In this document: in pieces, positions 12,685 through 23,700 of the stretch
Layout of the letters: every line of letters starts with the position of its first letter
Position numbering within the stretch: position 1 is the stretch's first letter
Assembly: GCF_964204645.1 (NCBI RefSeq)
Contig: NC_134028.1
Location: 13,377,263-13,441,262, forward strand
Direction: 5' to 3'
Length of the DNA stretch: 64,000 bases
DNA from: Tubulanus polymorphus
Lineage: Eukaryota > Animalia > Nemertea
Translations under genes and position numbers: made by a program
Notes under the pieces: model-generated
Seen by the model: the letters and a program-made list of their open reading frames with translations, nothing else
What the model was told of the DNA's origin: nothing
Databases searched by the model: none

Positions 12685-13805
12685 TGACGACGATGCCATA
12701 GATGGGTTCGTCTGACGACGAAACCCATCAATAAGAAAATACTAAGTTATTCTACTATTCAATGCCCCCTTATGACCTTGAAACTAACCACAATTGTAGA
12801 CCATGTCATGAGCTACAACTTTGCAATTGGTTACAAAAAAATTGCAATTGTGGTAACAAAATATACAAAGGTACGAATATAATGTCAAAATACTCAGTTA
12901 TTGTATTATTCAACGCCCCCGGTGGCCATATACAAAAACCAATGACCTTGAAACTTACCACAATCATAGCACATGTTATGAGCTACAACTTTGCAATCTA
13001 TTGTGTTAGCAAAATATGCTTAGGTATCAATATATTAGGCCTATAATGTGGAAAAACATTTTTCCACCTACGAATGAGTATTGATGACACCAATATGGCA
13101 GCTGATTGCGCGATAATGGGCTGATCAAAAATACCTGTCACAGCTATCGAAGATTCCTTTCCATAGAATACCCATCAGCAATTGGCCTGTTGCAATGAAA
13201 AATGGCAAACCAGTAGGAAGCTGCAGGACTCAGAATTTGGGCCATATTGACATTATTGGGCACAATAAAAGGTCATAGGACGGCCATCTTGTGTCCGATC
13301 GACCCAATATCTCTTATGCTGATGGGCTCTTGGGGGATACAAGTACATACGGCCGATGAAAGATCGAGATAATTGATCAAAGTGTTTTTCACGCTTATGA
13401 TTTTTAAGTTTACATGGTTTATAATATTTCTATGTTCGTCGCATTCGCCGCCTCTCCGTGGATAGGTAAAGGTCTCATGAGTGCTGTAAGTAATAATTTT
13501 GTAGCATTATTTGTTCGCTCTTATTTCTAGTTACTTACTTCCTATTTCCTCAATTTATATGTTTGTAGGCCTATCATAATTTGTTATTTTGTAGTTAACG
13601 GACGTAAAATTAATAAAAAAGAAGGTCCAGTTAAAGCCTGTGTTAGGCCTACTTGATAGTAATTTTTTGGAGGAACGTCGTCTCTGTTTACGACAAAGCG
13701 TCTTCAAAACTTCTCAAAATAACTGGAGTCTGTCTATAGACGAATGGATGGACGAAAAGTGGATGCAATAGCCCGCTGGGACTTAAGTCCCAAGTGGGCC
13801 AAAAA
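11425..13805. mobile_element. Second, partial copy of the same HINE family, interrupted by other insertions
   Basis: The same repeat units occur at 11425-11490 and 12732-13030, with the same downstream block and near-identical 3' palindrome at 13770-13805. Confidence 0.65.
11493..12731. mobile_element. Different HINE-like element nested in the second copy
   Basis: Starts AACCAG; subTIR TGATGGGTTTC / GAAACCCATCA; (GACA)n microsatellite at 12655-12684; 3' hairpin gatgggttcgtctgacgacgaaacccatc. The host repeat unit resumes directly after it. Confidence 0.6.
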
Positions 13806-13975
13806 GGCACAAGATTTTCAATACGGAAACACGTGGCTACGGTGCTACCATCTGATTCCGCGCTGCATAACTTTTTTCACTTGTAAAGTCCCAAGTATAT
13901 ATAAGCTAATAATGGTGTAGTGTAAAGACAATATTTGGTTAGGTGCCTAAATCATCACATGCTGCTACTACTTAC

Positions 13976-14059
13976 TGTGTAATGACTATTTGGATGATTT
14001 CCATTACAATTTCTACACATGGGGAGAGCTGCCTCTTGTAAGAACATACTCAGTGCAGT
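13976..14059 (-). CDS. UBALD1: UBA-like domain-containing protein (UBALD1/2 homologue), coding exon 2
   Basis: ttcag|ACT...ACA|gtaagt; encodes TALSMFLQEAALPMCRNCNGNHPNSHYT, continuing exon 1 in phase 0 as in UBALD (..WQFETALSxFFQE). Confidence 0.85.
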
Positions 14060-14648
14060 CTGAATTGAAAATATTAACAAATGTCACTGCCTTTAAATAC
14101 AAGAGAAACCTGCATGTCAAACACATGCAATGGTGTCGTCATCAAAAACAGTAAGTGTCCTACCGACGGCTGATAGAAGGCGCAGATCCAGACTATCGCA
14201 CATGCAGCACGTGCGGTAGTCGCAGTTTTCAAATGCCCTTGAAAAATTGTTTGTGCGCCTTAAAATATAATTGCCTTTCTGTAGGCCTACTAGGACTAAA
14301 GCAAAATGTGAATGAAAATAAATTGCCCAAAATCAAAGATGGCAATCTAAGGCATTTTCCTTTACTCAAAAGGGCACTATTCTAAAACTAAAAGAGACAT
14401 TACTTACTGTTGCTCTATAAATCTAATCGAAAAAGGGCAAATTTCGCCAAAAATCTTAAAAAGGCACAAGCAAATTGAATGTGAAGGCAAATTAAGTGGC
14501 ATGATACCAATAAATGGCACTAAAACTCAAACTCGCTCGCTGGGCATCAATACTGGCCCTTTTAAAAGTTGGTGCCCTTTTTTCACTGTGCTGCAGTCAC
14601 CGAATGGCCCTGGATCCGCGCCTGGATAGAAATACGACCGCTACGCTA

Positions 14649-15062
<414 letters not shown>

Positions 15063-15095
15063 TAAGTTAGCGTTCAGGTTATGGTGTACTCGTAG

Positions 15096-18000
15096 AGCCA
15101 TTTAAGATGGCGGCTATGTAGATGGCGCCATAAAACGATTGACCGGACTGTCCTTGTATCTCGAAGTTGTTGTTATGTTATAGAATTTGTAAATAGTGTA
15201 AATTTATGTGACAGTTATCCAAATGTTAATAGAGATATCGTTGGCTCGCATGTAAATTCTCATACGGTAGATACATACCCTGATGTAAATAGTAACAATC
15301 ATGTACCTGATGTAACTCCTCACAATTTCATTTCTGATGTAAATAAGCGAAATATTAACACTCCTGATTTAAATAAGCAAAATGTAACTAGTACAGCAAA
15401 CGCAGCAAACATCAGTGAAATTCCTTGTATCAAATCATCATTAAAGTTTTCTACGCTGAATGTATGTGGCCTTATAGCTAAACTCGATATCCCAGAATTC
15501 TGTGAATTTATTAGCAATAATGACATCACATGTCTAACTGAAACTCACTTAGATGATTTAGACGGTAATTTAGGTTGTAGCTTGCCCGCCTCCCATATGG
15601 CGCACTTTAAAAATAGGAAAAAGTTTTCAAAAAAAGGATCAGGTGGCGTCGGTATCATATATAGGAAGTTCATGAAAAATAAAATAAAACCAATTTCGAC
15701 TGACTCTCAGTTTGTATCTTGGTATTTATTAGATAAAGATTTATTTAATCGCGACAAACATGTACTTTTAGGTGTAATTTATATTCCTCCAGAAAATAGT
15801 CGTTATTATTCAGAAATAGCTATCAGAGAAATTGAAATAGAGTTATTGCAATTGAAAGTTGAGTATGATTTCAATGTGTTAATTTCTGGTGACTTTAATG
15901 CTCACACCGCTTGTATGCCAGACTTTTTGGAACCTGATAATCAGATAATTCAAGATGATAACTTAGACCCTATTGTTGACTCATTGATTAATTTAGGCGT
16001 TCCCACTACTAGAAATAATCAGGACAAAAGAAAGAATAATACAGGCTATCAACTAGTAGATTTGTGTAAGAACCATTCACTAATTATCCTCAATGGCAGA
16101 TGTGGCAATGATCAGACAGGTAATTATACTTTTAGGAACACTAGTGTCATCGATTATTTTGTGTGTGATTTAGAACTGTTTGGTTATGTTGAGGACTTTG
16201 AAATAATGCCTTTTGACCCATTATTATCTGATGGACATAATCCTATTAATCTGTGCGTGTATACGAATTCTAGGGACACCATTGCTAGCGATAATGAAAG
16301 GGGTAATGAACACGCGAACTTTAAAACTTCAATTAGGTGGGTCAGTACTAGATCAAATCAATTTTTCCTGAATGTAGAATCAAGATTACGAGAAAATGAT
16401 TTAGATAAGTTACTGTTGGACGGGTTGCAAGATCTAGGAAATCAATCGCCAGATGACATTAATGGACTTACCGATAGATTTGTATCTTCTTTATTATCAA
16501 GTGCTGAGTGTAATTTGATGTACCATAGAAAAAGTAGGAAAAGTAATAACTGCAAAAAACCGGTCCGCAACAGATGGTTTGGCAGGGACTGTAGAGATGC
16601 ACAGAAGAAATATAATTATATGAAAAAAAGATATAGGGGTTGCCCTACCCTTTCCAATTTTGAATCTCTTAAGAACTCGTCTAAAAACTATAAAAAGGTC
16701 ATCCGAGAAAATAAGAAGAAACAAAAGGATGAATTTATTAAGGAATTGAGAGAATGCGAAATTAATAACCCAAAAAAGTATTGGTCGATGCTAAACTCTG
16801 CGAGCGGAACAAAAAATAATGAGGCTAATATAGATATTGATATTTTTCTTGAACATTTTATGAGATTAAATGATTTGAATAATGTTAACAATGAAACCGA
16901 TGACGGTGATGAGCCCCCAGACGTGGGTGACCATCCTGTCTATGAAAATTATATTTTGAACAGTGATATAACCAGTGATGAGGTAATTAAGGCTATCTCT
17001 TTACTCAAAAACAATAAGGCCCCAGGCATTGATGGAATCACGAATGAGCTGTTGGGAGTTAGTCAGTATCCGTTTTTAGTTGATATATTACAAAAATTAT
17101 TCAATTTAGTTCTTAAAACAGGATATGTTCCAGAGATGTGGTCTATAGGCGTCATCAAACCCATTTTCAAAAAGAATGGCGATCCCTCTAATCCTGATAA
17201 TTATAGAGGTATTACCTTAGTTAGCTGTCTTGGTAAATTATTTACAAGTATCCTAAATCAAAGATTGTCAACATTTCTAGATACGAATCACATTATAAGT
17301 GAAGCCCAGGCTGGCTTTAGATCGAAATATTCCACCATTGATCATATTTACACGCTTAAAACAATCGTAGAGCTGTATCTTTGTCAGGGAAGAAGACTTT
17401 TTTGCGTCTTTGTTGATTTTAAGAAAGCTTTCGACTCGATTTGTAGGGTAAAGTTATGGCGAAAATTAATTGCTAACAATGTTAATGGAAACTTTTTCAA
17501 TGTGGTCAAAAATATGTATAACTCCATAAAATCATGTGTTGAATTAAATGGTTGCACGTCACAATACTTTGCAGCTGATAGAGGCTTAAGACAAGGCGAA
17601 AATCTCTCACCTATCCTCTTTTCGTTATTCTTAAACGACATTGAAGAATTTTTCATTGATCGTGGAATACCGACTTTGTCATTTATAGAAAAACTAAATT
17701 TGAATCGTGATCAGGATATTGATACTTTACTGAATTTATTCATAATACTATACGCAGATGATACAGTTATTCTTGCTGAGGATGAGAAATCTCTTCAGCT
17801 ACACTTAGATACCTTATTTGAATATTGCGCGGCTAATGGTCTCACTGTTAACTCAGAGAAAACTAAAGTACTAGTATTTGCGCGAAGTAAATCCCGGATA
17901 AAAACGATTTCGAAATTTATGTTTGGTGATCAAGAGTCAGAGGTAGTTGAAGATTATGTTTATCTCGGAGTAAAATTCAATTGGAATGGTAACTTTGCTA

Positions 18001-19116
18001 AGGCAAAAAAGTATCTTTACGGTAAAGCTATCAGAGCTATGTTTTCGATCGTTCAAAAAGGCAGACGTTTGAAATTGCCCATAGATGTTATGTTTAAATT
18101 ATTTGATACGTGTGTTGCTCCAATAGCCATGTATGGGTGTGAGATCTGGGGATATGAAAATCTTGATTTATTAGAAAATATTCATTGCTTCTTCTGTAAA
18201 ATCTTAATGAAAGTGACGAAATATTCTCGCAACTTACAAGTTTTATCAGAGCTAGGACGTTACCCTTTGAATATAGATGTTAGACGCAGGATGATTAACT
18301 TTTGGGTGAAAACAGTATCTGGAAAGCAAACCAAATTCAATTCAATACTCTATAAAATATCTTTCAATTTATTTTTAAGGGATAAATTTAAGAGCCCTTG
18401 GTTATCATATATAAAGAAAACGTTTGATGACTGTGGTTTGTCCTGCATTTGGACGCAGCAATTCATGACTATCAGTAAATCTTTTTCAAAACGAATAAAA
18501 CAGATACTCCGTGACCAGCACCTTCAAGAAACTGTATCTGCCATAAATACTTATCCGATATACACTAACTTTAGGCAATATAAAAATGATATTAGGTTAG
18601 AGAAGTATATAATAGAACTTGGTGATGACTTAGGAACTAGTTTATTTGAATTTGGGGTCGGGTCCTATATTTTACCTGTGAACAAATTTTCAAACCTTCA
18701 TTTAGACAGAGCCGATAGAATATGCCCCACTTGTAATACTTTAGGTGACGAATCCCATTTTCTGTTTGACTGTACCTTACTTAACGAACAACGCAAAAAC
18801 TTTTTGAATTTGAATACCTTTAATACCCTTGATATTCTGAAAAACCCAACGGTCAACTTAGCTAAATTCATTAAGACCGGCTTAGATGTATATAGATCCC
18901 TCCAATAGTATATATAGTATTGTAAATAGTTGATGTATATAATAGTGTATATAGTATTGTAAATAGTTGATGTATATATATATTTCGTTACGTTTTCATT
19001 CTCTAAATTTTAATCACTTTAGTGTTGTTTTGTAAATATTTGTATATACATGTGTAATAGTTTTCCTCCATATACCATGGAAATGGTTGGAGTGTAAATA
19101 AATCGTAATCGTAATC
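15096..19116 (+). mobile_element. Non-LTR retrotransposon (LINE, RTE-X-like)
   Basis: Single APE-RT frame, short 3' UTR, AATAAA running into an (AATCGT)n tail ending at 19116. The 5' boundary is uncertain and no TSD was found. Confidence 0.85.
15441..18908 (+). CDS. LINE ORF2: APE endonuclease, reverse transcriptase and C-terminal CCHC finger
   Basis: The frame is open from 15096. Motifs LNVCGL, CLTETH, GDFNAH, IDYF, SDGH, KAPGIDG, QAGFR, DFKKAFDS, QGENLSP, YADD, YLG, CPTC..DESHFLFDC. Confidence 0.93.
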   Translation, partial: LKFSTLNVCGLIAKLDIPEFCEFISNNDITCLTETHLDDLDGNLGCSLPASHMAHFKNRKKFSKKGSGGVGIIYRKFMKNKIKPISTDSQFVSWYLLDKDLFNRDKHVLLGVIYIPPENSRYYSEIAIREIEIELLQLKVEYDFNVLISGDFNAHTACMPDFLEPDNQIIQDDNLDPIVDSLINLGVPTTRNNQDKRKNNTGYQLVDLCKNHSLIILNGRCGNDQTGNYTFRNTSVIDYFVCDLELFGYVEDFEIMPFDPLLSDGHNPINLCVYTNSRDTIASDNERGNEHANFKTSIRWVSTRSNQFFLNVESRLRENDLDKLLLDGLQDLGNQSPDDINGLTDRFVSSLLSSAECNLMYHRKSRKSNNCKKPVRNRWFGRDCRDAQKKYNYMKKRYRGCPTLSNFESLKNSSKNYKKVIRENKKKQKDEFIKELRECEINNPKKYWSMLNSASGTKNNEANIDIDIFLEHFMRLNDLNNVNNETDDGDEPPDVGDHPVYENYILNSDITSDEVIKAISLLKNNKAPGIDGITNELLGVSQYPFLVDILQKLFNLVLKTGYVPEMWSIGVIKPIFKKNGDPSNPDNYRGITLVSCLGKLFTSILNQRLSTFLDTNHIISEAQAGFRSKYSTIDHIYTLKTIVELYLCQGRRLFCVFVDFKKAFDSICRVKLWRKLIANNVNGNFFNVVKNMYNSIKSCVELNGCTSQYFAADRGLRQGENLSPILFSLFLNDIEEFFIDRGIPTLSFIEKLNLNRDQDIDTLLNLFIILYADDTVILAEDEKSLQLHLDTLFEYCAANGLTVNSEKTKVLVFARSKSRIKTISKFMFGDQESEVVEDYVYLGVKFNWNGNFAKAKKYLYGKAIRAMFSIVQKGRRLKLPIDVMFKLFDTCVAPIAMYGCEIWGYENLDLLENIHCFFCKILMKVTKYSRNLQVLSELGRYPLNIDVRRRMINFWVKTVSGKQTKFNSILYKISFNLFLRDKFKSPWLSYIKKTFDDCGLSCIWTQQFMTISKSFSKRIKQILRDQHLQETVSAINTYPIYTNFRQYKNDIRLEKYIIELGDDLGTSLFEFGVGSYILPVNKFSNLHLDRADRICPTCNTLGDESHFLFDCTLLNEQRKNFLNLNTFNTLDILKNPTVNLAKFIKTGLDVYRSLQ

Positions 19117-19530
19117 GGTACCTACGGCGCTTTTACGAAATTGAATCCGATTCGGTGTTAACGCGAATTTATCTTGTTAAATCAGATTTGATTTTCCTTA
19201 CTATAATTTGCTTGTCACGTGTAATCTAATCAAATAAGAGGCGAATTTATCACGTCAAATTAAATTTGATTTTAAGCAAAATCGTTTTTATCTTGTCATA
19301 ATCAAATTAGATTTGGTCTAATTTTTTAATTTTACACGGCATCAAACAATTCAAAAATCGATTTGTCAAATCATCAAATCACCCCCGGAGGTGATTTGAT
19401 ACGATTTGAAGATGGTCGGCTCACAATTTGTTTTTCGAAAAACTGCATTATGGGTTTTCCGGTTTGCTCGGCTACCCTGGCGGGGTACATTATGAATTTT
19501 CCGGTTTGCTCGGCTACCCGTACTGGCGGG

Positions 19531-20211
19531 TAGTCTAGAGAGGCCAATGAAAACTCCGGTTTGCTGAACCACCCCTCTTTGCGGGGATGCGGTATGGTGT
19601 TTGATGTGACAGTTTCAAGTGGTTAATGGCTGTTTCAAGTGCTTACAACGATGCTGATTACTTTGTGGTACATGGTGGTTTAAAAAAGATTTCATAATAA
19701 TACGCTCACCGCGTGGGCTTCGTAGAAAGACCACTACCTGTGAACTTCCCAAATTTTAATTGTCCTGTCCGATTTGGTTTCATCCAATTGAGAGACTGCC
19801 TTTTCCAGTTAGGGCATTTTTGGATCACGTCACTCCAGGAAATGACTTAACGCTTTTGGGCCCCTTCGTCGGTTCCACATGTTTCATTTGAGCTATAGAC
19901 CACAATGGTGACACCATGATGGTCAGTAACTGACCAATTGAGATATCCCCGAGTCTGAACACTTGACTTCGAATTTCGGAAATTTATCATGTAATGTTTG
20001 TTTTCAAACTACTAAGGAATCATCATTGCAAATTCATCACTGACTATCACTGACCACCAATGACCAATTCAAACTTCTCGAATATGAAAACGATATACCG
20101 CGTTATGGTGTCAAACTAGAAAGGATTCGCCATTGAAAATTCATAAATTGATCATCACTGACCACCACTGACCAATTGAAACTTCTTTAAAGAACGATAT
20201 ACCGGTACCGC
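19531..20211. repeat. Interspersed repeat rich in ACTGACCA motifs; target of the Gypsy insertion (continues at 44872-~44960; another copy at 50022-50346)
   Basis: agtctagagaggccaatga...ccggtttgctgaac occurs at 19531 and 50022. The 50281 copy shows the empty Gypsy site (ggtaccgcatttggtgtgaaactag). Confidence 0.8.
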
Positions 20212-20403
20212 TGTAACGAGGTCCTATTCTGCCTGTTCCACAGTAGAAGTTTCCTCCAAATATCGACTCTGAGAGCCCAAAAACCAGTAAAAAGGCGGAC
20301 AAAAGATATTAACACAATCACCTATTGTTCTGTATTTTCGAGAGAGAGGGCAGCACCCTCCAGTTACAACATAGAAAACGACTGATGGACATATTCCATC
20401 ACA
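20212..20403 (-). repeat. Gypsy 3' LTR
   Basis: TGTAACG...CATCACA, near-identical to 44684-44871. Confidence 0.95.
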
Positions 20404-20415
20404 CCACCCCCCTTC
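20404..20415 (-). other. Polypurine tract
   Basis: Minus-strand GAAGGGGGGTGG abutting the 3' LTR. Confidence 0.85.
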
Positions 20416-21211
20416 AACTTGTTCAAACTCCTATTTGAACAGGAATATATAGTCAAAATATCTACACAAATTAAATTATAGTCCTTATTATAGTATATTA
20501 AGCTCCAAACTTCTCGGCTCTGGATACAGTAGACATCTAACACGGCGTAGTCGTTGTTTCGCATTAGGGTTGCATCTCAGTGATGATAATACATGCAGCT
20601 TTCGATCTCCACTAATGGTTTGTGGTTTGTTTTCGGGGCGCACCTAAGCGTAGTATCTTACCAAAAAATATCTATACCATCAAAAGGTAGATACGGCCAA
20701 TGGACACTGCACTTGGCTTGCCCCTCTGCCACTGTTCCTCGTCCTGGGGAGCTGAAAAATACAATCAAAAGAAAACGGAAAGAAACTGTTCGCAATGGGG
20801 TGTGCTACATCTGGGGGTCACGTGTGGTAGTATTTGGACTGAATGGCTTTTTGTCACTATCATTACAAAGAATAAGCGACTCCAGGTGAACCATCGTTAG
20901 GTACCGAAGGAAACACATTCAGACGCGATCTACCACACGGATTATTTCCCGACAGACATAGTGCATGGCCGACTTTTTGTAGTGGATCCCCACAATCGAG
21001 ACCTGCCGTTTAAGGGTCTGTGTCGCCTCGTGGATAACTGGTCTAACTCGATACAGTCCATGCTAGAAACGATAAATAGTTCAAAACATGAGTTGGCTGC
21101 AACGACAAGACTAAATGGCGGAGATTCCGTTCATTCAGATACCACCCGAATCATGCAAGGTGGGTGGTCCCAAGCATACCATCAGGAGGTGCAAGAGGTC
21201 TGAAATCCTAG

Positions 21212-23261
21212 TCACCACCAGTTACAAATGATAATAAACTGTCTACTAAAACTAAGTAAATATATATATAGGGTTATATACAAGGGTATCTCTGAGGCCC
21301 TATTTTGGTTGGCTAGCGAATCATCGTTGTTGACTGTACATGAGTTTACGAATCGACTAGGGCGCCTGATCCCTACTCTGGGCCTGAGTCTTCTGTGCCC
21401 CTCAGTGTCTGTAATGTTCAAAGGGCCAGGCTTGGAGCGGTTTTGAGTAGGAGGCTCGCGATGGTTTTGGGTAGGGTTTGTTACAAGAGGTTCTTGAATA
21501 ACCGCCGTTGTCTCGGGGTGTGACCGTGTCCAGACACAGTCTTCATCTTCCTCCCCCTCGTCGTCATTGAGGGTTGGTTGCTCCTCGGGATCGGTCGTTT
21601 TAACCGGTTCCTGTCTAGGTTTTTTATGACCTATGGTCACGGTCTCACTAGACAGGAAGCACGGTTTCATATCATTGAAGTGCACAACCCGCTTTCTCTT
21701 CACCGCCCTCGGATCGGCGCCTGGTTCCAGGACAACCCTGTAATTCACCTCCGATAGTCTCTCGGTCATGACGTAAGGCCCTTTCCATTTCCGGTGGAAC
21801 TTAGATGCCTCGTCCTTTTTCAAGAAATGGCTCATCAGCCACACGCGATCCCCGACCTTGTAACCCCCGCGTTTTGCGAAACGGTCATAGTCCATTTTCT
21901 GACGCCTTTGTGCCATCACTAGTCGATCACGAACAATGTTGTTTGACTTAGTGAGGCGGTCAGAGAGGTCCATGCCATACTTAGTCCGTGGTTGGTGGTC
22001 CTCGGGCAAGCCTACGCTGATGTCGATCGGTAGTGACATTTCCTCGGCGTACATCAAGTAGAACGGCGTTTCAAGAGTGGAGTGCTGGACGCTTGAACGA
22101 AATGCCATCAAACACGCAGGTAGTTCCTCGTCCCAGTTTGTTCCACACTCATTGACGGCTGTAGTCAGCATGGCCTTCAGGGACTTATTGAAATTTTCCA
22201 CCTGCCCATTGCCCATAGGATGGTAGGCGGTGGTTCTGGTCTTTTCAATAGCCAAGATCCTACACATCTTCATGAAAACCTTCGACTCGAAGTTCGCGCC
22301 TTTGTCCGAGTGGATGGATTCAGGGCAGCCATAACGGGTGACCCACTCGTTCACAAGGGCACGTGCCACCACGGAGGCCTTTTCCGTGCGGATTGGCCAT
22401 GCTTCGGGCCACTTAGTGAATGCATCTTGAGCCACTAGAATGTAGACGTTGCCGCGGCGGGTTCTCGGTAATGGGCCCACGATGTCTATATGTACACGCT
22501 GGAAGCGTCGCCCTACCGGTGTAGACATCAATGGGGCTTTTGGTAGTTTGGACGGGGACTTGCACTCTTGGCAAGTTTTGCAGCCCCGAACAAAATCCCT
22601 GACCCTAGCTGAGAGGCCTAATACCCAGAATCTTTCCCTAATTTTGCACTCTGTCTTTTTGGTACCAAGATGTTTCCCCGCAAATCCCTGATGTATGACT
22701 TCTATGGTTCCATCAGTCAGTGAAATGGGTAGTACCACTCGGTGTCTCGTTGAGGTAGCCCCCGGAAGTGGTTTAAGTGCAAGAATGCCATCTAAAAGCT
22801 CTAGACGCTCAACCAGACTATAGAGGCTCCTCGCTGTTCTACCACACCGTTGTAGCCGTTTCTTGTCCTTGACCCCATCTCTGGCCAAGAACTCCCTAAT
22901 TTCTGATATTTCGGGGTCATTTACTTGCGCCTCGATTATTTTGTTCCTGGACAAGCCAGTGGAGTGCGCTGTCAAATCGCCCTGATGTTTTGCAGTCACC
23001 TGGTATATAGATAGGGATGCGAGACAGGGCGTCTGCGTTCAAATGTTTGCTTCCAGCTCGATGTTCGATCACGAAATCATATTCCGACAGGCGTTCAAGC
23101 CACCGAGCCACTTGGCCCTCAGGGTTTTTGAAGGTTTGTAGCCACTTGAGTGCTGCGTGGTCTGTGCGAACTTTGAATTTCCTGCCTAGTAAATGGTGGC
23201 GGAAGTGATCAATCATGTCAACCAACGCCAACATTTCGCGCCTGGTGGCACAATAGTTCTC
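21212..23261 (-). pseudogene. pol: Gypsy pol 3' part: RNase H C-terminus and integrase (frameshift near 23000)
   Basis: ENYCATRREMLALV..TDHAAL..RWLERL..NADALSR; HHCC finger; HIDIVG, HSDKG, GQVENFN; GPY motif. Confidence 0.95.
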
Positions 23262-23700
23262 AGTAATAGGGATAATGGGCTTTCAAGCCAAAGGTCGAAC
23301 GGTCGAGCTCGTAAAAAATGAAAAAACATAAAAATAATAACAATTTCTACTTGAATTACTCGCAAAACTCATAAAAATGAAAAATAAATTCTCACACGCT
23401 CGAATTTATTTTTCATTTTATGAGTTTCACTCCTAATTCAAGTAGAAATTGTAATTATTTTTATGTTTTTTCATTTTTACTCACCCGCCCGTTCGACCTT
23501 TAGCTTGAAAGCCCATTATCCCTATTACTCTTAACATATTCATATATATATGAATAACATTTAAATCATTGAACTTCTAAAATCAATTTTAATAAAAAAT
23601 ATAGTATTAAAATGGAAGCAAATAAATACTACTGCCCAACATGTAATATCGATATAGATAAATCCCAAAAAGCAAGACACAATAAAACTAGAACACATTT
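23262..23700 (+). repeat. Left TIR, including a 268-bp hairpin (23262-23529) and the first ~30 codons of polB
   Basis: Reverse complement of 40626-41021; arms agtaatagggataatgggctttcaagc / gcttgaaagcccattatccctattact. Confidence 0.95.

Noticed and set aside
20416-21211. env-like third ORF in the Gypsy 3' region
   Set aside because: No long minus-strand frame or convincing signal/TM architecture; only short ORFs.
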